DNA of 32,000 nucleotides, from NCBI GenBank assembly GCA_963704755.1, contig OY969938.1, forward strand, positions 960,001 through 992,000, given 5' to 3'. A program made the position numbers and the translations under genes. The notes beneath the pieces are model-generated. The model was not told where the DNA came from. It saw nothing but the letters and a program-made list of their open reading frames with translations, and did no database searches. Positions within the stretch are counted from its first letter, which is position 1, and each line of letters starts with the position of its first letter. Shown here piece by piece: positions 16,894 through 24,510 of the stretch. Source of the DNA: an uncultured Chloroflexia bacterium (GTDB lineage: Bacteria > Chloroflexota > Anaerolineae > Anaerolineales > Anaerolineaceae).

Positions 16894-17935
16894 CCCCGTC
16901 GCCTTGCTGACCGGCCTGTTACAGCGTTACAGCCCCAGCGGGCAAGAAGAGGCCGCCTGCCGCTACCTGACCGCACAAATGCACAAACTGGGCTACAACG
17001 CCTGGGTGGATGGTGCCGGTAATGCCGTCGGTGAAATCGGCGAAGGCCCGAATGAAATCGTTTTATTGGGTCACATCGACACCGTGCCCGGCTATATCAA
17101 CGTCCACCAGGAAGACGATACCCTTTGGGGCCGCGGCTCGGTGGATGCCAAAGGTCCCCTGGCGGCTATGGTCGTCGCCGGCGCGGTCGCCGGCGCCAAA
17201 CCGGGCTGGAAAGTCTGCGTGATCGGCGCCGTGGGGGAAGAAGAAGACGGGCGTGGTGCCCGCTACCTGTGCAATCGCTATCACCCGCAGCACCTGATCA
17301 TCGGCGAACCCAGCCAGTGGAACCGCATTACCCTGGGCTACAAAGGCGACGCCCATTTCTGGTACATCGTCCGCCGGCCGGTCACCCACACAGCGGCCCA
17401 GATGGAAAGCGCCTGCGAGGCCGCGGTCATTTTCTGGAACAAAGTCCACGCCGAATTCGAAAAAATCAACCAGGACAAAAAGCGCACCTTCGACCTGGTG
17501 ATCCCCAGCCTGCGCAGCCTGTCTTCCAGCAGTGACGGCTTCAATGAGACCGCCCAGCTTGCCCTGGCCTTCCGCATGCCGCCCGGCCAGCAGGCCGAAG
17601 ACATCGAGACTGTCCTCAACGAGCTGGCCGGGGATGGAGTCGTTGACCTGGTCCGTGGAGAGCCGGCTTACAAAGCCGACAAGAACACTTCCCTGGTGCG
17701 GGCTTTCCTGTCCGCTATCCGCAACGAAGGCGGCGAACCTTCCTTTGCGCTCAAATCGGGCACATCCGATATGAACACGGTTGCGCCGGTCTGGCGCTGC
17801 CCCACGGTCGCCTACGGCCCGGGCGATTCACACCTGGACCACACTGCCGAGGAGCACACTTCCCTTTCCGATTATCAGAAAAGCATCCACATTCTGGCCG
17901 GCGTCTTGAGCAACCTGATGGTGGATGCCGGCTAA
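16877..17935 (+). CDS. lysK: LysW-lysine hydrolase / acetylornithine deacetylase (M20 peptidase family)
   Basis: 352 aa. AAGGAGG RBS. Overlaps the lysJ end by 17 nt. M20 motifs LLGHIDTVP, GRGSVDAKGP, GEEEDG. Last gene of the lysW-K order. Confidence 0.85.
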   Translation: MNQPLDPVALLTGLLQRYSPSGQEEAACRYLTAQMHKLGYNAWVDGAGNAVGEIGEGPNEIVLLGHIDTVPGYINVHQEDDTLWGRGSVDAKGPLAAMVVAGAVAGAKPGWKVCVIGAVGEEEDGRGARYLCNRYHPQHLIIGEPSQWNRITLGYKGDAHFWYIVRRPVTHTAAQMESACEAAVIFWNKVHAEFEKINQDKKRTFDLVIPSLRSLSSSSDGFNETAQLALAFRMPPGQQAEDIETVLNELAGDGVVDLVRGEPAYKADKNTSLVRAFLSAIRNEGGEPSFALKSGTSDMNTVAPVWRCPTVAYGPGDSHLDHTAEEHTSLSDYQKSIHILAGVLSNLMVDAG

Positions 17936-18759
17936 TTTGCCGCCGTAGAGACCCTGTGGGGGGCAGGGTTTTCTTGCGGCTGGGGTTTTCCGGCCACCAT
18001 AAAGCCAGAAAACATCAAAATTGCTGCGGCCAATTCACCGATGTACAGGTATTGGCCGTTGCCCAGGCGGGTCAAGGCACTGGCAAAGCCAATCGAAAGC
18101 GCCCCGGTGGCGATTAACAGGTTACCGATCACCCGGTTGGGCAGCACGCGTTTTCTCCAGAACAGGAAAGCTGAATAAATCGCGCCGCCTACCAGCGTCA
18201 GCAGGCCATAAATGTTGAAGAACGGGGTGGTCATCCGCACTGCAGCGCCCAACGGCAGCAAACCCCGCACGACCGTTTCTGACTGGCCGTTTACGGTTTC
18301 GGACGTGGTCAAAGCCCCGTCCGGCGCAGCCTGGCCGGCTTCCAGCGCCGATGACCCGTATTGTTCGCTGATCGGCTTGGAGGTGGTAAAGACGCTTTCG
18401 TCCAGGTTGGGCATGGCTTGCAGCATAAGATAACCGGCGAACAGGCTGCCCAGTACCAGCACAGCGGTCACAGCATGGACCCACTTTTTACGCGAAAGTA
18501 AATAAAGTGTCCCGTGTCCGATCCAGGCCGCGTTGAGTGCCGCTCCGAAGAGATACCAGGCGAAAAACACCCAGCGGTTCCAGTTCAGCGAAAGGAACGC
18601 CTCGGCGAAACTGCCGGTACCAAACATGGCCAGGCCAATCCCCCAGAACAGAAAATGCAACTTGCGCCGTACCACGAACCGCTGCAGAACGTAAATGGTA
18701 AAAATAAACATAGTGGCGGTTGACACGAACGGCAACACCTGATTCACGCTAATATTCAA
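17932..18759 (-). CDS. Polytopic membrane protein, unknown function
   Basis: 275 aa with about 7-8 hydrophobic helices and a central soluble loop. TTG start preceded by AGGAGGAGG. Begins 16 nt downstream of the 18776..18958 ORF. Confidence 0.6.
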   Translation of the reverse strand: MNISVNQVLPFVSTATMFIFTIYVLQRFVVRRKLHFLFWGIGLAMFGTGSFAEAFLSLNWNRWVFFAWYLFGAALNAAWIGHGTLYLLSRKKWVHAVTAVLVLGSLFAGYLMLQAMPNLDESVFTTSKPISEQYGSSALEAGQAAPDGALTTSETVNGQSETVVRGLLPLGAAVRMTTPFFNIYGLLTLVGGAIYSAFLFWRKRVLPNRVIGNLLIATGALSIGFASALTRLGNGQYLYIGELAAAILMFSGFMVAGKPQPQENPAPHRVSTAAN

Positions 18760-18775
18760 TTCCTCCTCCTACAAT

Positions 18776-18958
18776 CTAAAAATGGATCAATCCTAATAAG
18801 ACACCCGCAGCCAAGACCATCAACCCGAGCATAATTACCCCCAGGGCAATCAGGAGCATCGGGACGATTTTTTCATAGAACACGGAATTTGCAGGCATGC
18901 GGGATTTCTTGCGGACGGCAGTGAGGTTCCGATCTCGCTCTACATCGGCCATTTCCAC
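18776..18958 (-). CDS. Small single-pass membrane protein, unknown function
   Basis: 60 aa with a basic N-terminus and one C-terminal TM helix (IVPMLLIALGVIMLGLMVLAAGVLLGLI). Apparently in an operon with the next gene. Confidence 0.4.
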   Translation of the reverse strand: MEMADVERDRNLTAVRKKSRMPANSVFYEKIVPMLLIALGVIMLGLMVLAAGVLLGLIHF

Positions 18959-19125
18959 CTCGGATCAGGTTTTTCTCCTGCACCGGCCGGGCAGGATGCT
19001 CAACCGGTGGCAGGCAGGTACGACCTAAATTTTAGGTGCAACGGATGATCCCCGGATTAATCCCGGCTTAAAAATAGATGAGGTAATCCCCACCGGTGGA
19101 ATTCTGCCGGTCCAGTCCAAAGATT

Positions 19126-19183
19126 AGGGTTGTTTTATTTTTTTTTGCGTGGGAAGCGCGCGAAAAATAATAAAACCAACCCT
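19126..19183. repeat. Imperfect long hairpin (~22 paired positions, one bulge, one mismatch)
   Basis: AGGGTTGTTTTATTTTTTTTTGCG ... CGCGAAAAATAATAAAACCAACCCT, read directly. Confidence 0.8.
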
Positions 19184-19195
19184 CACTTATAATAA

Positions 19196-19222
19196 ATAGC
19201 CCGGCTTTGCAAGCCGGGCTAT
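19196..19222 (-). terminator. Intrinsic terminator of the GT39 gene
   Basis: ATAGCCCGGCT / TTGCA / AGCCGGGCTAT, 11-bp GC-rich stem beginning 11 nt after the stop. On the - strand it is followed by TTTATTAT. Confidence 0.7.
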
Positions 19223-19232
19223 GCCTATATTT

Positions 19233-21359
19233 CTAGAGGCCTGATGACCCACACTGGTACAGCGACCCGCCAAAACCACCGCGGAATGAATTGGTCAGAC
19301 CGGCGGTTGAATTCAGGTCACTGACCTGGGTGCAATTCGTCGTCACCCAGCTCTCCACGCTGGAACTGCCGTTGCGCCCGCCCATACCACCCAGCAGGAC
19401 GTAGCGCAGCCGGCCTTCCTGCACCAGCCTGGCGAAACCGGCCGCATCGATGACCGGGTCTGAGCCGGTAAACCCGCCCAGGTAGAAAACGGGCCGGCCG
19501 GTCGCCAGCACCAGCGGAGCCCCGGTCTGGGCGTTTTGGACCGCCACCATGAATTCAGTATCCTGGGTGTGCTGCTCCAGGTAATTGATCAGGTTCAGGT
19601 TAGCCCCATCCACCTCACCAGGTAGGCTGACGTTTTGGGCCCGCTGCCCGTCCGAGCCGCTGGCTCTTTGGGGGCTTTGGCCGGAGTAGGCCGCCGGCAG
19701 ATTCCCACCCAATGAGACGATGGAAACCGTGTCGTAGGTCCACAATGCAGGCACGACCAGCATAGCCAGCAGCGCCAACAGGTTGACGGCCCCGGCCATC
19801 ATGGGTTGTCCACTGCGCCAGAGCAGGCTGATCACCAGGGCCATCACGGCCACCCCTAAACCAACCAGGGCAATCCCAAACCAGATTGCATGGATATCGA
19901 AACTGCTCGCCAGGGTAATCTCGAAAAGCAGCGTCAGCCCGGCCATCGGGATGAGCAAAATGCCGGCCAGTAGATGGCTCTTTTGTCTGAGTTTAGCCAG
20001 GGCAGAAAAACCGGTGGCCACACTGGCGCCTAACGCCGGGGTGAGCAGCGCCAGGTAATAATTATGGAAGAAGCCGGCCATACTGAAGAACACCAGGCAG
20101 GTCATCAGCCAACCGCCCCACAGCAAAACACTCTTGTGTTCGGGCGAATCCAGCGGCAGGCGGATGATGGACGAAAAGATACCTAAAAGCAGCGCGAGCA
20201 GGGCAAAAGGCAGCAGCCAACTCATTTCCTTCGCCAACGGCGCCTGGAAGAAGCGCAGCAGCCCCGGCGTACCGGTCTCTTCGAACATACCGCCCCCACT
20301 GCGGGCGAACATTCCGCCCAGGAAACCGCCGGCGCCCGACCCGGTAATGGGGGGTTGTTGGATGCGTCCATTTCCCGGGGCACCCGGTCCGCCCGGTGCA
20401 GAGCCACCGTTCCGGGCGCCGCCCGGGTTGAAGGAATTCCCTCCATCCGCGGAACCAAACAGGCCGGTACTGCCGCCAAAACCATTGCGGCCCATTCCCA
20501 GCAGGCGCTCTACCCCGTTATAGCCAAAAATCAGGTCCATTTCCGAGTTGGTACTGCTGCTGCCGACGTACGGCCGCTGATCGGCCGGCACCGCATCGAC
20601 AATCACCGCCCAGGAAAAGGCTACGCCCAGCAAGAGGACCGAAGTAATCCCCAAATTGAGCAGCTTCCGGCCCCAACCGGTTTTCGAGCCGAACAAATAG
20701 AGCGCGTAAAAAGCCGGCAGCGGCAGAAATGCCTCCAGCATTTTGATGTTAAAGGCCAGTCCCACCAGCAGCCCGCCTAGCAGCAAATGTTTCAGCTTAC
20801 CGTTTTCGGTCGCGCGGATAAAAGCCCAGGCGGCCAGGAGCAGCGTGAAAATCAGCAGCGAATCGATCGTATTGTTGCGGTCGGTTGCCAGCGTCACCGG
20901 GGTAGTGGCCATCACAATCGCCGCCACCAGGCCTGGGCCGGTACCCAGGTATTTTTTCACCAGCCGGTACAATACCCAGATGCTGGCGATCCCGGCCAGG
21001 ATACTCGGCAGCGTGACCGTAAAACCGTTCACGCCCAGGACCAACCCAAACAGGGCCTGGATCCAGAACCCCAGCGGGGGTTTATCCACCGTCACCGAAC
21101 CGCCCGGCTCGGCCGCCACGAAGAAAAAGTTGTGCCAGGATTGCAGCATACTTTTGACGGCGGCCGTGTAATAGGCGTTGCCATTCCCAATCTCATCGAT
21201 CCGGTACAGGTGCAAGCCCAGCGACACCAACAGGATCAGGATCAGAATAATTGCAGCCGGGGTAAATTTCCAATACAGCTTGCGGTTCAACCAGGATTCC
21301 AGCGAAAAGCCGTTCCCGGGTTTTTCAACTTGTGTGTTTTCAACAGATAAATCAGTCAT
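19233..21359 (-). CDS. Glycosyltransferase family 39 (ArnT/PMT-like, polyprenyl-phosphate-sugar dependent) membrane protein
   Basis: 708 aa. N-terminal pattern GNGNAYYTAAVKSMLQSWHNFFFVAAEPGGSVTVDKPPLGFW typical of GT39/ArnT-like enzymes. Many TM helices. Internal Gly-rich low-complexity loop. C-terminal soluble domain. Confidence 0.8.
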   Translation of the reverse strand: MTDLSVENTQVEKPGNGFSLESWLNRKLYWKFTPAAIILILILLVSLGLHLYRIDEIGNGNAYYTAAVKSMLQSWHNFFFVAAEPGGSVTVDKPPLGFWIQALFGLVLGVNGFTVTLPSILAGIASIWVLYRLVKKYLGTGPGLVAAIVMATTPVTLATDRNNTIDSLLIFTLLLAAWAFIRATENGKLKHLLLGGLLVGLAFNIKMLEAFLPLPAFYALYLFGSKTGWGRKLLNLGITSVLLLGVAFSWAVIVDAVPADQRPYVGSSSTNSEMDLIFGYNGVERLLGMGRNGFGGSTGLFGSADGGNSFNPGGARNGGSAPGGPGAPGNGRIQQPPITGSGAGGFLGGMFARSGGGMFEETGTPGLLRFFQAPLAKEMSWLLPFALLALLLGIFSSIIRLPLDSPEHKSVLLWGGWLMTCLVFFSMAGFFHNYYLALLTPALGASVATGFSALAKLRQKSHLLAGILLIPMAGLTLLFEITLASSFDIHAIWFGIALVGLGVAVMALVISLLWRSGQPMMAGAVNLLALLAMLVVPALWTYDTVSIVSLGGNLPAAYSGQSPQRASGSDGQRAQNVSLPGEVDGANLNLINYLEQHTQDTEFMVAVQNAQTGAPLVLATGRPVFYLGGFTGSDPVIDAAGFARLVQEGRLRYVLLGGMGGRNGSSSVESWVTTNCTQVSDLNSTAGLTNSFRGGFGGSLYQCGSSGL

Positions 21360-21767
21360 GCAAATCCCTCAAAATTCCACTTCGCTCGAGCGGAAAAACT
21401 GGCGAGCATCTGCAGGGCGGATGCGCTCACTGGAGAACGTTTTATTCAGTCTGGGGATTATCATAATCCCATAAGATTAAGATTTGATTTACACCCGGTC
21501 TAATCCGGATAAATTTTTTAGGCATAAGCTCAACCGAATCTTCACCAAATCTAAATCTAAGCATGCTATTTTTATCCCGAAATGGCCATTGAATGATTTA
21601 GGAAACCAGAGCAAACCTGGCAAATACATTAACCACTATTCACCCTGGTTTACTCGAATTATCGTAAGCCAGTGCGAAAGATCTATAATAAAATGTACCT
21701 CACACCTCCTGTGCGGGGAATACCCCAAAAAGCAAGCCGGTGCGAATGGAGAAGGTAAGGGTTATCG

Positions 21768-22451
21768 ATGAAAACCATCCTCATCGTGGATGATAATTTC
21801 AGCGTCAGGCAGCTCCTTCAGGAATATCTGACCGAGCAGGGTTACCTTATCGTCTGTGCGGATAACGGCCAGAATGCGTTGTACACCGCCCGGCACGACC
21901 CGCCTGACCTGATCTTGCTGGACATTATGATGCCAAAAATGGACGGCTACCAGTTCCTGCGCCAGTACCGCCAGGAACGGGCCACCCCGGTGATCATCAT
22001 TACCGCCCGCCAGGACGAAACAGACGCCGTTTTAGGTCTGGAACTAGGCGCGGATGATTACGTCACCAAACCGTTCCGCATGCGCGAACTGGTCGCCCGG
22101 ATCCAGGCGGTGTTACGCCGGACCGATACGAATGCGATCGCGCCGGTGGTGTTACGGGCGGGTGACCTGGTTCTGGACGTGACCGCCCATACGGCCACCT
22201 TGAAAGGGAAATCGATTGCCTTGACCCCGATCGAATTCGACTTGCTGGAGGTCTTGATGAGCTCACCCGGGCAGGTCTTCACCCGCTCGCAACTGGTGGA
22301 CCACCTGGAAGAGAGCAATTTTACCGGCCTGGAAAGGACCCTCAACGTTCACATCCGTAACCTGCGAAAAAAAATAGAGGCTGACGAAGAACAGCCTGTT
22401 TATATCGAAACCGTTTTTGGGATTGGGTACCGGTTCAATAAAGCCTCATGA
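21768..22451 (+). CDS. OmpR/PhoB-family response regulator
   Basis: 227 aa. Receiver domain (ILIVDD, phospho-acceptor in LILLDIMMPKMDG, conserved Lys in DDYVTKPF) plus winged-helix C-terminus (LTPIEFDLLEVL, VFGIGYRF). Confidence 0.9.
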   Translation: MKTILIVDDNFSVRQLLQEYLTEQGYLIVCADNGQNALYTARHDPPDLILLDIMMPKMDGYQFLRQYRQERATPVIIITARQDETDAVLGLELGADDYVTKPFRMRELVARIQAVLRRTDTNAIAPVVLRAGDLVLDVTAHTATLKGKSIALTPIEFDLLEVLMSSPGQVFTRSQLVDHLEESNFTGLERTLNVHIRNLRKKIEADEEQPVYIETVFGIGYRFNKAS

Positions 22452-23923
22452 AAAGACTGAGCATTACGCTCCACCTGAAATTTACCCTGGCATTTTTACT
22501 GGTAGCCTTCACGACGGCCGGTTTGGTGGGGCTATTCATCCATCTGACCAGCGCGGACCGCTTCGCCCAGTTGGTCGTGTCTCAGCAGCGCAGCGATTTG
22601 GAGACAATCTTAAGCGATTTCTATACGTCCAACGGTTCCTGGCAAGGGATCGGTGATTATTGGCAAGAATTGATCAGCCAGAGCCAGCATGGACCCGGCC
22701 CGAGTAACAGAACGAATCAGCAACCGTTCAACCAGCGCCCACCCATTTTTGTCGACCGTCTGTCACTGTTTGCATTGGCCAATTCGTCCGGGACCATCAT
22801 CGTTGCCGCCCACCCAGATTTTTCCCTGGGCACGCAATTAACCCCGGCCCAGATCAAATCCGGTACCGCGATCTCAGTAAACGGTACGCGAGTGGGCACG
22901 ATTGTGACTGAAAAGCTGCCTACACCGCTCTCGCCGGAGGAAACCCAATTCCTCACCCGCACGAACCAGGCCTTACTGTTAGGGGGTATAGGTGCCATCC
23001 TGGTCGCCTTGTTGGTCGGCGTGATTCTGGCCCAGCAATTAACCCAGCCGTTGAAAGAGCTGACCGACGCCGCCGGAAAAATTGCCCAAGGTGACCTGGA
23101 ACAGAAGGTCGAGGTCCGCTCCCGGGATGAGATCGGCCAGTTAGCCCATTCATTTAATCAGATGAGCCAGGAGGTCGCCCGCGCCAACTTGATGCGCCGC
23201 CAGATGACGGCCGATATCGCCCACGATTTACGCACCCCCATGACGGTCATCTCGGGGTATATCGAAGCCATGCGCGACCAGATTCTCGCCCCCACCCCCG
23301 AACGCCTGACCCTGATCTACAACGAAATCGAACAGCTCCAGCGCCTGGTGGACGACTTACGGGTGCTTTCGCAGGTAGATGCCGGCGAGCTGCCGCTCAA
23401 CCGCCAGTGGCTCACCCCCGAGTATATTCTCGAGCGGGCGGCTGCCTTATATCAAGACCTGGCTAAGAATAAAGGCATCACCCTGGCCGTGCAAACAGAA
23501 GGCCAATTGCCCCAGCTTTACGTCGATGAGTCGCGCCTGTTGCAGGTGTTCGGCAACCTGCTGAGCAATTCCTTCCGCTACACTCCTGCCGGCGGCCAAA
23601 TTACCCTCTCCGCCGCTCTGAAAGGGAATGTGGTGCGGATGGCCGTCAGCGATACCGGCAGCGGCATCGACCCCCAGGACCTGCCGCACATCTTCGACCG
23701 GCTCTACCGCTCGGACACGTCCCGCGAGACCAACCATGGCGAGAGCGGGCTGGGACTGGCCATCGCCAAAGCTTTTGTGGAAGCTCACGGGGGAAAAATC
23801 GGGGCCGAATTGAAAGTGGACCAGGGCAGTACCGTTTGGATGGAATTGCCGGTGGGCGAGCAACCCGCCCTAAATGGGATGGAAGGAGAGAAACGCCCTC
23901 ACCGTTTAGAGGTTGGCGAATAA
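22448..23923 (+). CDS. Sensor histidine kinase (TM - periplasmic - TM - HAMP - HisKA - HATPase_c)
   Basis: ATGA overlap with the regulator stop. HAMP region (PLKELTDAAGKIAQGDL). H-box IAHDLRTPMT. N-box LLSNSFRYT. G-boxes DTGSGI and GLGLAIAK. Confidence 0.9.
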   Translation: MKRLSITLHLKFTLAFLLVAFTTAGLVGLFIHLTSADRFAQLVVSQQRSDLETILSDFYTSNGSWQGIGDYWQELISQSQHGPGPSNRTNQQPFNQRPPIFVDRLSLFALANSSGTIIVAAHPDFSLGTQLTPAQIKSGTAISVNGTRVGTIVTEKLPTPLSPEETQFLTRTNQALLLGGIGAILVALLVGVILAQQLTQPLKELTDAAGKIAQGDLEQKVEVRSRDEIGQLAHSFNQMSQEVARANLMRRQMTADIAHDLRTPMTVISGYIEAMRDQILAPTPERLTLIYNEIEQLQRLVDDLRVLSQVDAGELPLNRQWLTPEYILERAAALYQDLAKNKGITLAVQTEGQLPQLYVDESRLLQVFGNLLSNSFRYTPAGGQITLSAALKGNVVRMAVSDTGSGIDPQDLPHIFDRLYRSDTSRETNHGESGLGLAIAKAFVEAHGGKIGAELKVDQGSTVWMELPVGEQPALNGMEGEKRPHRLEVGE

Positions 23924-23988
23924 GACCGCCTCACAAGCGGCTACCGGGTGTACGCCTTCCTGGACGGTTTTTTCGAAAGCCAGGTCTG

Positions 23989-24031
23989 TTCAGGCCGGTC
24001 TCCTGACCGAGCCCGTTCTTCAACGCCGGAC
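23989..24031. repeat. 43-nt dispersed repeat, copy 2
   Basis: See 4051-4093. This copy sits at the GC-content break on the left side of the low-GC insert. Confidence 0.8.
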
Positions 24032-24193
24032 CATTTTGACAAACGCCATCACCACCATGTCGGCATGAAATGGTAAGAGATTAGTAAGTTGCAGATAAGC
24101 CAACCGTTGGTGGTTTCCAGGGTCATCAATCAGATCTCCACCCACCCTGAATATTGCACATCCAATTTCACTTCTATGTAACATCTTTTTCAT
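24020..24193 (-). CDS. Unlisted 57-aa ORF at the island's left edge (hypothetical; possibly a gene remnant)
   Basis: ATG 24193 to TGA 24020-24022: MKKMLHRSEIGCAIFRVGGDLIDDPGNHQRLAYLQLTNLLPFHADMVVMAFVKMVRR. Below the track's 60-aa cut-off. Weak RBS. Its composition changes from AT-rich (5') to GC-rich (3'). Confidence 0.25.
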   Translation of the reverse strand: MKKMLHRSEIGCAIFRVGGDLIDDPGNHQRLAYLQLTNLLPFHADMVVMAFVKMVRR

Positions 24194-24466
24194 ATCTTCG
24201 CTTGATCATAGTATCAATTCAGCAAAAAGATTGTTTCCTATATGACAATTTATCCAGTTTTCTTGAAATTATTTTATGCAACGAGATTAGTTTTCTCTTT
24301 GAAAAGGCACTTGAATGAAAACAACATAAAAATGGATTAGTACCAAAGCAAATAATTTGATCGCATAAGAACTGTCTTTCGTAACCAACTCTTCCCATCT
24401 GTTATAAATGTTTAATCTTTTTTTGCCTTCTCCAAATTAGCCATACAATTCCATCTCCTTCTCAGT

Positions 24467-24504
24467 AAAGAAAATGGCGCCCCGTATGAGACGCCATTTT
24501 CTTT
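24467..24504 (-). terminator. Candidate intrinsic terminator of the S8 protease gene
   Basis: AAAGAAAATGGCG (24467-24479) / 12-nt loop / CGCCATTTTCTTT (24492-24504), beginning 7 nt after the stop. On the - strand the 3' arm ends in TTTTCTTT. Confidence 0.6.
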
Positions 24505-24510
24505 ACACTT

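Noticed and set aside
3153-19183. The palindromes as a CRISPR array or as IS/MITE terminal inverted repeats
   Set aside because: They are single, dispersed and non-identical. They are not regularly spaced with spacers, no cas or transposase gene is present, and the arms abut each other rather than flanking a cargo.
19783-21474. Multiple + strand ORFs (91-187 aa) opposite the GT39 gene
   Set aside because: They are antisense shadows with Arg/Pro/Gln-rich translations. The GT39 frame has family-typical motifs and a TM pattern.
21484-21771. 95-aa + strand ORF upstream of the response regulator
   Set aside because: It has a TTG start and no RBS, a Lys/Asn/Ile-rich odd composition in an AT-rich intergenic region, and ends overlapping the regulator's start.
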